A stretch of DNA of 36,309 nucleotides. Source: an archaeon. GTDB taxonomy: Archaea; SpSt-1190; DYHY01. The notes beneath the pieces were generated by a model. The model was not told the DNA's origin. It made no database searches and worked only from the letters and a program-made list of their open reading frames with translations. Numbering within the stretch: position 1 is the stretch's first letter; every line of letters starts with the position of its first letter. The stretch spans positions 1 through 36,309 of the forward strand of contig JAZDJS010000031.1 in assembly GCA_043803745.1 (NCBI GenBank), written 5' to 3'. Below are positions 1 to 9,067 of the stretch, one piece after another. Made by a program: the position numbers and the translations under genes.

Positions 1-282
1 GAGCTTCCCGCCCTCAAGAGCCTTGAAATAGAAAATCCATGCGAGGGCGTTCCCCGCCCCGGAGAGTATTGAGAGAATCCAAAAGTTCCAGGAAAACATC
101 GGCCCCTTGCCCCAGAAAAAGGGAAGGAGACTGAAATAGATTACCGCTGAAATCCCCTGGGTGTAGAAGAGGGCGCGGCGCGAGCCTATCTTGTCAATTA
201 CCTTCTTTGCGAAAAGGTCGGAAACCGCCCAGAGGATTATCACTGCGAAGGAAATCAGTATTCCGGCAAGTTCAGTATTCAC
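1..282 (-). CDS. EamA/DMT family transporter, 3'-truncated by the window edge
   Basis: Not in ORF track. Manual translation from GTG at 282: MNTELAGILISFAVIILWAVSDLFAKKVIDKIG...LAWIFYFKALEGGKL. Hydrophobic, with the EamA-like 'FYFKAL..G' motif; overlaps the stop of the upstream gene. Confidence 0.75.
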   Translation of the reverse strand, partial: MNTELAGILISFAVIILWAVSDLFAKKVIDKIGSRRALFYTQGISAVIYFSLLPFFWGKGPMFSWNFWILSILSGAGNALAWIFYFKALEGGKL

Positions 283-1012
283 CAAGGCTTTCGATCCCTC
301 CGAGGACTGTCCCGTCGATCAGAATCGCATTTAAGCTTTCTGTGTCAATGCATTTCCAGAAACCCCTGGAAAAGTCAACATCCTGGATTATCGAGCCGCC
401 GAGAAGGGAGTTGAAGGCGGGGAGAACCAGGGCGCGGAGCAGCTTCTTGGGAACTTTCTTGTAATTCTCGGCAAGCTTTTCCCGGGGAATCAGCCCGGCG
501 AGATAGCAGGGCTCCTTGTGAAATCCGCCAAGGGAATCGAGGAAGGCAACGTTCGGATGGAGGTGGGAGAAAACAAGGGTTCTTGCCGAGAGGAGCCGTT
601 CATCCGGCCAGGAATGCCCGTGGAAGAAACCGGTCTTCCCTATTATCGCGCCGGATGCTTTGTGAAGCTTTATTTTCCGGGGGAGGACGTTCCCCAGCTC
701 GCCGTCGTGGTTTCCCGGGACAATTTCGACCCGGGCAAGCTTCGAAAGGCTCTCGAGGAAGGAGACAACCTTCTCCTCCTCAAGGAAAGTCGGGGAACTG
801 AAGGAATGCTTTACGTCTCCGAGGATGATGATGCGTTTCGCGCCGGTTTTCTTGAGGATTGCGGAAATCCTTGAAAGGAACGCCGGAGACTGGTCGGGGA
901 TGAAGACCCCGTGGCGCCCGAGCTCTATTTCGAACCCTATGTGGATGTCGGAAATTGCCACCAGACGCTCCCTGGGGAGGAAGACCGCCCTCTCCCCCTT
1001 CACAATTTCCAT
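272..1012 (-). CDS. Metallophosphoesterase (COG1407-like, calcineurin-like fold)
   Basis: Motifs SDIHIG, LGDVKH, PGNHD, FHGH, SHLHP and VLPAFN. Likely start is the ATG at 1012 (MEIVKG). Confidence 0.85.
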   Translation of the reverse strand: MEIVKGERAVFLPRERLVAISDIHIGFEIELGRHGVFIPDQSPAFLSRISAILKKTGAKRIIILGDVKHSFSSPTFLEEEKVVSFLESLSKLARVEIVPGNHDGELGNVLPRKIKLHKASGAIIGKTGFFHGHSWPDERLLSARTLVFSHLHPNVAFLDSLGGFHKEPCYLAGLIPREKLAENYKKVPKKLLRALVLPAFNSLLGGSIIQDVDFSRGFWKCIDTESLNAILIDGTVLGGIESLGEY

Positions 1013-1065
1013 TCCCCGCACCTGAAGGCGCGGGATTAAAAAAGGTTGGCTGGCGCGGACCGGCA

Positions 1066-1740
1066 ATGGTTTCCGGAAAAAGGCACGCCTTGATAATCGG
1101 GGAAAGCGAACTCGAGCTCGTTCCGAAGGAGCTATGGCGCCACCCGGTCGTCCTTGCCCGAGCTAGGAAACTTGAGAAAAATCCGGGGGAAATGCTTCTG
1201 CAGTCCGGGGAAGTTTACAAGGCAATGCGCGGAATCCCTGAGGAGGGTAGGCGGGGTCGCCCGGACCTTGTCCATTTCGCGCTGACAATTGCAACCGATT
1301 CCCCCGCATTCGCGGAAGGGCGTCTCGAAGTTATTCTCCATCTCCGGGACAATTCCATTGTCAGAATCCGGGAAGGGCTACGGCCGCCGAAGGAATATTC
1401 CCGATTCTGCGGGCTTGCCGAGCAGCTCCTCCTGAAGGGACGGGTCCCGGCTGAAGGGGACTGGCTGATGAAAATCGAGCCTGGAAAGAAGACCCTTGCC
1501 GAACTTGCGGAGGAAACTGGAACTGAAACTCTTATCTTTGACAGCGGAGGGGAACTGACAACCGTTTCCGAGCTTTCCGGGATTCTCGGCGGCGAAGGAA
1601 AAACCCTTGTCGTGGGCGGATTTCCCCACGGCACATTCCACTCTAGGCCGGAAGGAAGGACGATTACAATAAGCAAAAAGGAGCTCCTGGCAGGGACCGT
1701 TGTCGGCTTCATATCGGCTGCGCTCGGTGACCAAAGATGA
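1066..1740 (+). CDS. nep1: 16S rRNA pseudouridine N1-methyltransferase Nep1/Emg1
   Basis: GRPDLVHFAL, RPPKEYSRFCGLAEQLL and VVGGFPHG SPOUT motifs. ATG at 1066. Confidence 0.9.
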   Translation: MVSGKRHALIIGESELELVPKELWRHPVVLARARKLEKNPGEMLLQSGEVYKAMRGIPEEGRRGRPDLVHFALTIATDSPAFAEGRLEVILHLRDNSIVRIREGLRPPKEYSRFCGLAEQLLLKGRVPAEGDWLMKIEPGKKTLAELAEETGTETLIFDSGGELTTVSELSGILGGEGKTLVVGGFPHGTFHSRPEGRTITISKKELLAGTVVGFISAALGDQR

Positions 1741-2027
1741 AATTACCGAATATCAATGAAATTGCGCGGGAGAGAATTGAACTCCTGCTCGACCTTGCGG
1801 AAAGGAATCTTGACAGGCCCGAGAGGGCGCGGCGCTATGTCGAGCTTGCGAGGAAAATCGGGATGAAGCATTCGATAAGGCTGAAGGAAGACCGCCAGAG
1901 GTTCTGCAAGAAATGCCTGATTCCGCTCGTAATCGGGAAGACCGTCTCGGTAAGGATTTCCAAAGACGGGAGGAAAATAGTCTCCTGCCTTTTGTGCGGG
2001 GGGAAAAGGAGCAGAAAGATTTTCTAG
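1737..2027 (+). CDS. rnp4: RNase P protein subunit Rpp21 (component 4)
   Basis: IARERIELL...ARRYVELARKIGMK, with zinc ribbon FCKKC...CLLCG. ATGA overlap with nep1. Confidence 0.92.
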   Translation: MKLPNINEIARERIELLLDLAERNLDRPERARRYVELARKIGMKHSIRLKEDRQRFCKKCLIPLVIGKTVSVRISKDGRKIVSCLLCGGKRSRKIF

Positions 2028-3214
2028 CCCCCTTTCGGAAGATAGATTACACCAACGGTTCCCGTGCTGGCAATTCTGACTGGGTCGCCTGTCCGTATTC
2101 TTGCAAATTTTATCAAGTCCGTTGTGCCCGGAATTCCTGAAACGCGTTCGGCATTGAGGTACAATATCCCACGTTCTCGGCAAATTTCCCCGTCATGGGA
2201 GCCTGTCTGAAGGGAGGTTCCTACGACGGCCCGCGCATTCGACGGAATCGGAAGGCGCTCGTCTTCGGATTTCAGATATGGTGTGAAGAGAACGAATCCG
2301 TCCGGATTTTCCTCGTTGAACCTGACAAGCCCCCGAGTATCCGCTGTTGGGCTGCCGCTCCTTTTCAGATAGACAAAAAAGGCCGGCCCTGCAAACTCTC
2401 CGGGAACGCCCGTGTCATACGTTCCGAAAACCAGCTTTTCGCCGTCCTTGTATGGAATTTCTGGAGCCTCCTTTACCGTGAGCTTTCGGACCTGAAGCAG
2501 GTTTATTCTGGGCAGGTCAGTGCCGTATCTGAATCCCCAAGACGCCTCCATTATCACCGGGCAATTCATCTTTTCTTCCAGCAGACTGCTTGCCCCGCAG
2601 AGCCGTTCGAATCGAGGTTCCTGAACCGAGTAGCCGCTTGAGCGAACAACGTGGGTGTGTGTAGCATCCTTTTCGAAAAGATCGACTCTCCGGCCAGAGT
2701 GAAGCAGGCTTGTCCAGGCAATTTTGCACAAATCCTCCGGGCCGTCAACTTGAGAATACGCCGTTGACGTGACGTGACGAGGCGCGCCTAATTGAACAAT
2801 TACCGGAATTTCCTCCGGCGCAACCAATTCAAACTCGGCAAGTCTTCCCACGGCATATTCAGTTAGCCCGCTTCTTCTGACGCTCTCAATTGCATCGGGC
2901 AGCCTTGGAAGCGGGACGTTCTCCTCCGTTCCGAAAACCCCGAAAAGTGAATGCGCGCCCCAATCTTCCAGAATTGATGAGGAGCGTACCCAATAAGACG
3001 GAGCAGCTTCCCCTGAAAGCGCCCTTGCTGCGGAAATTATTTCCGGCGAATCCGAAGGGATTCCCGGCGGGACAACGAGAAACCGGGGAACCTTGAATCC
3101 GCCCAGTCTGCGAAGTTCTGGAAGCGCCTTCTGAATAGCATATAGTCCGTACGCCTTTCCGCCGACAAGTTCAATCCCAGGATTCCCGTCCTCCCAGGTA
3201 AAAATCCTCGCCAT
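2024..3214 (-). CDS. Compact PEP synthase/PPDK-like protein: ATP-grasp domain plus phospho-His mobile domain, no substrate-binding barrel
   Basis: GGKAYGL, VRSSSILED, VIVQ and LLQVRKL resemble PPDK_N. GSHDGEICRERGI and GDPVRI resemble the mobile-domain SHxxIxxRExGIP motif. Confidence 0.75.
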   Translation of the reverse strand: MARIFTWEDGNPGIELVGGKAYGLYAIQKALPELRRLGGFKVPRFLVVPPGIPSDSPEIISAARALSGEAAPSYWVRSSSILEDWGAHSLFGVFGTEENVPLPRLPDAIESVRRSGLTEYAVGRLAEFELVAPEEIPVIVQLGAPRHVTSTAYSQVDGPEDLCKIAWTSLLHSGRRVDLFEKDATHTHVVRSSGYSVQEPRFERLCGASSLLEEKMNCPVIMEASWGFRYGTDLPRINLLQVRKLTVKEAPEIPYKDGEKLVFGTYDTGVPGEFAGPAFFVYLKRSGSPTADTRGLVRFNEENPDGFVLFTPYLKSEDERLPIPSNARAVVGTSLQTGSHDGEICRERGILYLNAERVSGIPGTTDLIKFARIRTGDPVRIASTGTVGVIYLPKGG

Positions 3215-3339
3215 CTGGAGGAATCCATATTTTCACGGTTTATAATTCTTGACCACTTTTGAGTGGACTTACCGGGCAATTCGCTTCCAACAGCCCCGGA
3301 AGAAACCTTAATAAATGCCCGAAAAGTCCATTTTCCCGA

Positions 3340-3771
3340 ATGGCAACACCACACGATGTTTCAACTCAGAAGCTGATTGACATGCTCGCAGGGGATCTCG
3401 CCGGGAAGGTGAAGCAGCCGGCCTGGAGCATGTTCGTCAAGACCGGCCCGCAGGCGACAAGGCTCCCTAGCCAGAAAGACTGGTATTTCAAGAGGACTGC
3501 GAGCATCCTTAGGAGGGTCTATGTCGACGGCCCGGTCGGAATCGAGCGCCTGAGAACGGTATATGGCGGGCTCGCGGAAAGGGGCGCAAAACCAAAAAGA
3601 TTCGCACGGGCGGGCGGAAAAATAATCAGGACAATACTCCAGGACCTCGAAAAGGAAGGTCTTGTCGAGAAGGCTGGAAAGGACGGACGGGCAATCTCTG
3701 CCAAGGGCAGGAAATATGTCGACGGCCTTTGCAGGAAAGTCTCGGAATACGCAGAAAAGGAAAATGGCTGA
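3340..3771 (+). CDS. rps19e: 30S ribosomal protein S19e
   Basis: PAWSMFVKTG, DWYFKRTASILRRVY..GPVG and GGKIIRTILQDLE. ATG at 3340. Confidence 0.97.
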   Translation: MATPHDVSTQKLIDMLAGDLAGKVKQPAWSMFVKTGPQATRLPSQKDWYFKRTASILRRVYVDGPVGIERLRTVYGGLAERGAKPKRFARAGGKIIRTILQDLEKEGLVEKAGKDGRAISAKGRKYVDGLCRKVSEYAEKENG

Positions 3772-4027
3772 TAAGGAAATCGGACCAGACCCGAATGCTG
3801 TCGAAGCCGCCAAGAAGCTCCTCTTCATGAAGATAATGGACGAGGGCGCAAGAAGGCGGATGAACAACATAAGGTTCGCAAATCCGGCATTCGCCGAGCA
3901 GGTGGAAGCCGTCGTTTTGCAGGTAATCCAGTCCGGAAGGGCGCGGGTTATTGACGAGGGGACGCTGGTCAAGCTGATAAACCAGCTCAGGGGACCCCCG
4001 AGGGAAACGAAGATAGTTAGGAAGTGA
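3764..4027 (+). CDS. PDCD5/TFAR19-like dsDNA-binding protein
   Basis: MDEGARRRMNNIRFANPAFAEQVE...IDEGTLVKLI...ETKIVRK; conserved position after rps19e. Confidence 0.88.
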   Translation: MADKEIGPDPNAVEAAKKLLFMKIMDEGARRRMNNIRFANPAFAEQVEAVVLQVIQSGRARVIDEGTLVKLINQLRGPPRETKIVRK

Positions 4028-4091
4028 CGCTGAAGCGGAGACTGCCGCTGAAGTACCGAGTCAAATGGAAAGATAAACGAGGTAAAAAAAT

Positions 4092-4247
4092 ATGGCAAGA
4101 ACAAAACCTGCCGCAAAGAAAATCAGGCTTTCAAAGGTGAACAGGCAGAACCGGCGCGTGCCGGTCTGGGTGATTGCGAAAACCAAGAGACAGGTCCGCT
4201 CGCACCCAAAGCAACATTCATGGAGACGTGGGAGGCTGAAAAAATAA
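4092..4247 (+). CDS. rpl39e: 50S ribosomal protein L39e (51 aa)
   Basis: Not in ORF track. Manual translation: [53 protein letters not shown]-like GAGGT upstream. Confidence 0.96.
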   Translation: MARTKPAAKKIRLSKVNRQNRRVPVWVIAKTKRQVRSHPKQHSWRRGRLKK

Positions 4248-4250
4248 AAG

Positions 4251-4610
4251 ATGGCAGACCAGCAGCAACAGCAGCAAGAAAAGGTGTTCACGATTCCGTT
4301 CAGGAATGTCCTTTGCGCACCCCAGCGGGCGAGGGCGGACCGGGCGGTTACCGAGGTGCGCGCGTTCATTTCAAGGCATCTGAAGGTCCCGGTCGCGAGC
4401 GTGAAGGTTGGCGTTGCGCTCAACGAAAAGCTCTGGGAAAATGGCGCGAAGGAAATCCCAAAGAAGCTGAAGATACACGCGAAGAAGGTGGATGAATCGA
4501 CCCTCGTGGAGCTCGCGGACGTTCCCTTCCCCGCCGGAACATCCGAAAAGAAGGAGAAAAAGAAGATCAAGGAACCCGCAGCAGCGCCGAATCCAGAGAA
4601 GAAATTATGA
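4251..4610 (+). CDS. rpl31e: 50S ribosomal protein L31e
   Basis: FTIPFR...RADRAVTEVRAFISRHLK...LNEKLWENG..IPKKLKI; synteny with rpl39e and eif6. Confidence 0.95.
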   Translation: MADQQQQQQEKVFTIPFRNVLCAPQRARADRAVTEVRAFISRHLKVPVASVKVGVALNEKLWENGAKEIPKKLKIHAKKVDESTLVELADVPFPAGTSEKKEKKKIKEPAAAPNPEKKL

Positions 4611-5263
4611 AAAGAATCTTGCGGGACGAAATTTTCGGGACCCCCTTCCTAGGAATATATTCGATTGCGACCGAGAGCGCGGTCTACCTGCCTAGCGGAT
4701 TCGACAAGGGGCATGGGGGCGCGCGTTTTTCGGACATCCTCTCCGCGCCTGCAAAGTTCATTTCGATTTACGGTTCCCCCCTCATAGGGATGTTCGGAAA
4801 GGCGAACTCGAACGGCCTATTGATACCGAGCATTTCCGAAGTCCCTACCGGAGTGGAGAACGTTACGGAAGTTACCGACAAGTTTACGGCACTCGGGAAC
4901 CTGATTCTTACGAACGATTCTGGGGCGCTGATTTCCCCGGAGTTTTCAAAAAGGGCAGAATCCGAGATAAAGACCGGGCTTGGCGTTGCCGAAGTTGTCC
5001 GCGGGACGATTGGAGGGAGCGGGCTTGTTGGCGGCCTCGGATTCGCAACCAATTCTGGGGCGCTGATTTCCCCCCGGGCAAATGAAGCGGAACTCGAGCT
5101 CATAAAATCCGTACTGAAGATACAAAACTGCGGGATAGGAAGCCTTAACCGCGGAAGCGATTTCGTCGGCGTATGCGCAATCGGGAATTCGAAGGGGGGG
5201 CTTGTCGGAAACATCACGACCCCAATCGAAATAACGAGGCTCGAGGATGTTTTCAATGGCTGA
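4607..5263 (+). CDS. eif6: Translation initiation factor 6 (aIF6)
   Basis: Pentein repeats: ALGNLILTNDSGALISP, ATNSGALISP, GSLNRGS, TTPIEITRLEDVF. Confidence 0.95.
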   Translation: MKRILRDEIFGTPFLGIYSIATESAVYLPSGFDKGHGGARFSDILSAPAKFISIYGSPLIGMFGKANSNGLLIPSISEVPTGVENVTEVTDKFTALGNLILTNDSGALISPEFSKRAESEIKTGLGVAEVVRGTIGGSGLVGGLGFATNSGALISPRANEAELELIKSVLKIQNCGIGSLNRGSDFVGVCAIGNSKGGLVGNITTPIEITRLEDVFNG

Positions 5264-5738
5264 ATCCGCAAAAGAAGCTGAGGCGCGCATGCAGGAAAAG
5301 GTAATGCAGGCCGAATTCCTGCGGAAACAGGCTGAATCGGCCGGCGCACAGCTTGAACTTGTGATGAGGACCCTTACCGAAATGACAATTACGAAGGAAG
5401 TTCTCCTCGAAATCTCAAAGATTCCCGAAAAAACTGAAACTCTTGTGCCGCTTGGAACGGGCGTTTACCTGAAGGCGATGGTGGCTGACAGGGAAAAGGT
5501 TTTCGTCGGCCTCGGGGCCGAGACGGTTGTCGAAAAGAAAATCCCCGAAGCAATCGGAATAATAGACGAACAGATCGTGAAGCTCGAGGAAGCGCGCGGA
5601 AAGCTCAATGAAACTGTCGAGCAGATCAACGAAACTCTCAAGATACTCGTTCCCGAGCTCGAAAGGATTGCGGCGAAGTTCTCGGGGCACACATCCCATT
5701 CGGTTGTAGGTGATGACGGCTTTGTTCGGATTCCTTAA
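5256..5738 (+). CDS. pfdA: Prefoldin subunit alpha
   Basis: Coiled coils flank ETLVPLGTGVYLKA...KVFVGLGAETVVEK; synteny between eif6 and ftsY. Confidence 0.93.
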   Translation: MAESAKEAEARMQEKVMQAEFLRKQAESAGAQLELVMRTLTEMTITKEVLLEISKIPEKTETLVPLGTGVYLKAMVADREKVFVGLGAETVVEKKIPEAIGIIDEQIVKLEEARGKLNETVEQINETLKILVPELERIAAKFSGHTSHSVVGDDGFVRIP

Positions 5739-7284
5739 GAAAGCCGTCGGGGGGCTCATTGACAGCGTCAAGAGGAAGCTGGAAGGCAAGTCTGAGGAGA
5801 AAATTCCGGATGCGCCGGTTGACGAAAGAGAAGAGAAACCTGAGGCACTGACTGAAGAGCAATTCGAGCCGATTCCTGAACAAGTTGAAGAAGCGGTCAA
5901 GGAGCCCGTTCTGGAACTGAAAATTGAAAGATTCCGAGAACCGGTTCGGGAGCCATCAATTGCCCCTGAGAAACCTGTTGTTGAAGGAGAACTAAAAGTT
6001 GCTGCTGGCGAAGAAACTCTTCCCGAGCCGCCGATTAAACTGGAAGAAACTGTTGAAACGATAACCGAATCGTTCGCCCCTCCGTTGGAGCTCGCTCTGG
6101 AGCCGGTTCGGGAGCCGGTTCGGGAGCCGATTGAAACTGAGAAGGAAAAAGTCCCGATTATACCCGAAAAGCCTCGCGTTGTCAATGACGCGCCGATTGA
6201 CGAAAAGAAACGAACCCTGCCTGCCACGGAGAAACTCATTGAAAGCCTGAGGGAGCCCGAGCCCAAGAAACCGGAACCAGTTGCAGTCCCCCAAAGGAAA
6301 ACGGAGCTGGCGCCCAAGAAACTTGCTGTTGCTGACCCTGCCCTTGAAAGGGAAGGGGAAAAAGAAAACAGGGGCTTCTTCGGCAAGCTCTTCGGCGGGA
6401 TAAAGAAGGCAACTGAAACCGTTGCAAAGGCGGTAACTGAGAAGACAATCGGGGAGAACGACGTTTCCGAGGTTCTTTCCCGCTTCGAGCTTGAGCTTAT
6501 CCAGGCTAACGTTGCCTCGGAAGTTTCGGAGAAAATCTGCCGGAGAATCCGCACAGACCTGGTTGGCAGGAAAATCAAGCGCACCCAGGATGTCGGCGTC
6601 CTGATAGTTGGAAGCTTGAAGGGCGCAATCGAGGAAATCGTCGGCGGGGAGAAGCCGGACTTTTTCGCCCTCCTCGAAAAAGGGGAGAAGCCGAAACTGA
6701 TTGCGTTCATAGGCTTCAACGGAAGCGGGAAGACTACGACAATCGCGAAGGTCGCACATCTTCTGAAAAATAAGGGCCTTACGCCGGTGATTGCCGCGGG
6801 CGACACTTTCAGGGCTGCCGCGCTCGAGCAGGCGGAAATCCATGGCGAGCGGCTCGGGGTGCGCGTGATAAAGCAGCAGTATGGCGCCGATTCGGCGGCC
6901 GTCATTTTCGACGCAGTGAAATATGCGCAGGCGCACGGAGCCGATGTTGTCCTTGCGGACACTGCCGGGCGCCAGCACACTAATTCCAATTTGATGGAAG
7001 AGCTAAGGAAAATCGTGCGGGTGAACAATCCGGACATCAAGATTCTCGTTGTGGACAGTCTATCCGGAAGCGACTCGGTCCTCCAGGCGAAAAGCTTTGA
7101 TGAGGCTGTCGGAGGCTTGACAGGGGTCATCCTAACGAAGGTTGACGTTGACGAAAAGGGCGGGACCGCGCTTTCGGTCGCACACACAATCGGCAAGCCG
7201 ATTTTCTTCCTCGGGCTGGGCCAGGAATATTCGGACCTGAAGGAGTTCGACCCGGCTGAATATGTGAAGATGGTTTTGGGCTGA
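5722..7284 (+). CDS. ftsY: SRP receptor FtsY with a long Glu/Pro-rich N-terminal region
   Basis: GFNGSGKTTTIAK, DTFRAAA, DTAGR, TKVD and GLGQEY motifs. Start uncertain: TTG at 5722 (MFGFLKK) follows AGGTGA; GTG 5710 and ATG 5713 are alternatives. Confidence 0.96.
   Translation: MFGFLKKAVGGLIDSVKRKLEGKSEEKIPDAPVDEREEKPEALTEEQFEPIPEQVEEAVKEPVLELKIERFREPVREPSIAPEKPVVEGELKVAAGEETLPEPPIKLEETVETITESFAPPLELALEPVREPVREPIETEKEKVPIIPEKPRVVNDAPIDEKKRTLPATEKLIESLREPEPKKPEPVAVPQRKTELAPKKLAVADPALEREGEKENRGFFGKLFGGIKKATETVAKAVTEKTIGENDVSEVLSRFELELIQANVASEVSEKICRRIRTDLVGRKIKRTQDVGVLIVGSLKGAIEEIVGGEKPDFFALLEKGEKPKLIAFIGFNGSGKTTTIAKVAHLLKNKGLTPVIAAGDTFRAAALEQAEIHGERLGVRVIKQQYGADSAAVIFDAVKYAQAHGADVVLADTAGRQHTNSNLMEELRKIVRVNNPDIKILVVDSLSGSDSVLQAKSFDEAVGGLTGVILTKVDVDEKGGTALSVAHTIGKPIFFLGLGQEYSDLKEFDPAEYVKMVLG
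6100..6129 (+). repeat. 12-bp in-frame tandem repeat (GAGCCGGTTCGG x2.5, encoding EPVR) within ftsY
   Basis: Seen directly; a related copy GAACCGGTTCGGGAGCC lies near 5938. Confidence 0.85.
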
Positions 7285-7357
7285 CTTTTCCCCTTGCATA
7301 AATCTGGCAGATTGCAGGGGAATTCTTAAAAAGAAACCACTTCCAGATGGTTCTACA

Positions 7358-8260
7358 ATGGCACTTGACGAGGGTTCCTGGGAAATTTCCCTGCCCGTGA
7401 AAAGCTTTAGGAAAGGGAAGGTTGTTTTTGAACTGCCGACAACTGGGATTGAAACATCCGGAAAAAAGGTTTTCGGGCATACTTATCTCCTGTTCTCCGG
7501 GGAGGATGGAACCGGTTTCGGAGCTCTCCATGCCCAGGAGCCCTGCGGCCTGCCGATTCCAATTCCCGAAGAAAGAGAACACGAAGACATCAACTTTTAC
7601 AAGCCAAATGAAAGCATGGCTGGCTGGTCCTGGGAAGCTAAGGGCGGACGAACCCATGCATCCCGTGAATGGGAAGTTTCCGGCGGAAAAGGAGAACTTG
7701 AATATGAGTCAATTCTCAAAGACCCAACCGGAGAAAAAAGAATCCTGGTGCCTTATCTCAGTTACTTCCAAACCTCGGGAACTTACGAACTTGAGAGTCT
7801 TGAGGTAACGCTTTCAAGCGACGGTCACCCAAATGCGATTCGCCTCAGGCTTGTGGACCCGAGAAACCCGCCAAGCACTGGCTATGTTTCATTTGACGCA
7901 CACCCTGACGGGCAAATAGAGTATACGAAAGTTACGGGAACTTACGAAGGCCTTGGAACCCTTCTCGGGCAGGAGGCAATAGAATTCCTTAACGGAACTG
8001 GCTTTTTCGGAGAAACTTGGGCTCCTTTCAAGGGAAAGTCTCCGAAAATAGTAACTGATGCAAGCCCGAAAAAACTGAGGCAGAAAGAGTGCGAGTGGCT
8101 AGCTGCAGGAGACGCCCCCTTTTCCGCAGGAATCTATAACATTGTTTTCGGGGAGGAGATTGCTGATTTCAATCCGGCGGAAATCGGGACACGGCTCCTA
8201 GCGGTTGCCGGGGAGAACCGGCCAATTTCTCCGAGGGAACTCCTCTACGGGAAGGGCTGA
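7358..8260 (+). CDS. Hypothetical protein (300 aa), orphan family member 1
   Basis: Long ORF filling the ftsY-srp54 gap, with TTAAAA about 25-30 nt upstream. Shares a motif with the next ORF. Confidence 0.75.
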   Translation: MALDEGSWEISLPVKSFRKGKVVFELPTTGIETSGKKVFGHTYLLFSGEDGTGFGALHAQEPCGLPIPIPEEREHEDINFYKPNESMAGWSWEAKGGRTHASREWEVSGGKGELEYESILKDPTGEKRILVPYLSYFQTSGTYELESLEVTLSSDGHPNAIRLRLVDPRNPPSTGYVSFDAHPDGQIEYTKVTGTYEGLGTLLGQEAIEFLNGTGFFGETWAPFKGKSPKIVTDASPKKLRQKECEWLAAGDAPFSAGIYNIVFGEEIADFNPAEIGTRLLAVAGENRPISPRELLYGKG

Positions 8261-8262
8261 AA

Positions 8263-9021
8263 ATGACGATAACTGAACAAGTGAAAACAAGAACGCCATT
8301 AGTTGAAGCAACAAGGGAACTTCAGGGCGCCTCCTCGAGATTCGAAGTGCATCCGGTAATCTACACAACTGAAAGCGGGCTGGCCGTTTTCTCATTCGAG
8401 ACACCCGAACGGGCAATGGTTGGCCCTTTCACTGACGGACCGGAGTTCGACATGGACGCTTTTGTTGAAACCCTTCCCGACGGCTTCCACTATGCTGTTT
8501 CGGAGGCGGAAAACGGCCCGACAATGCAGGCAAGCAAAGCCTGGAAAACTGACGGAGGCAAACACTCGGTCGAATACGGAACCCGCTGGAAGGGAAAATA
8601 CGGAACAAGTGATGAGCTTGCCCTGGGAGACTTCAAGTACCAGATTTGGCGGAGCAGGGGAGAATTTCTCGTTGAGGAAACAGTTGACATTGCCGGGCGG
8701 GAGACTCCAGAAAGCGCGGTTCTTGTAATTTCAGTTTCCAAGGAGCCGGGCGTTCCTTCGGGGGGGATAATTGTCAATTTCTCCGGAGGGGAGCCTACAA
8801 GAGTTTATCTTCCAAAGGACCGTGAAGTAAGATCCTTGCTAATTGAGGGCGCAAAACTTCCCGGAGGCGAATATCTCCATTCGCATAAGGATTTTGGGCG
8901 GGCTTTTGAAGTGGCTACCGGACGGTCTGTGGAAGCTCCGGTAGATTATCTTAAACTCGTACGAACGGCTCTGGCAGCCGCAAAAGACGGCTCGAATGTT
9001 GGAGTAAGGGACCTTTTCTAG
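8263..9021 (+). CDS. Hypothetical protein (252 aa), orphan family member 2
   Basis: Starts 2 nt after the previous stop. GPTMQASKAWKTDGGKHSVEY aligns with GGRTHASREWEVSGGKGELEY of member 1. Confidence 0.75.
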   Translation: MTITEQVKTRTPLVEATRELQGASSRFEVHPVIYTTESGLAVFSFETPERAMVGPFTDGPEFDMDAFVETLPDGFHYAVSEAENGPTMQASKAWKTDGGKHSVEYGTRWKGKYGTSDELALGDFKYQIWRSRGEFLVEETVDIAGRETPESAVLVISVSKEPGVPSGGIIVNFSGGEPTRVYLPKDREVRSLLIEGAKLPGGEYLHSHKDFGRAFEVATGRSVEAPVDYLKLVRTALAAAKDGSNVGVRDLF

Positions 9022-9067
9022 CCAGGACGGATATATTTTAAACCGCCGGCTGGCTCCCGAAGCAACA

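Noticed and set aside
4028-4060. Repeated CGCTGAAG with two CTGA motifs before rpl39e, a possible C/D sRNA or K-turn
   Set aside because: No convincing C box or guide complementarity; could be chance.
4260-4277. Poly-Gln (CAG/CAA) tract at the L31e N-terminus
   Set aside because: Six codons in a variable terminal extension, with no evidence of function.
5415-7196. 593-aa and 328-aa minus-strand ORFs
   Set aside because: Antisense shadows of pfdA/ftsY with no motifs; long antisense ORFs are common at this GC content.
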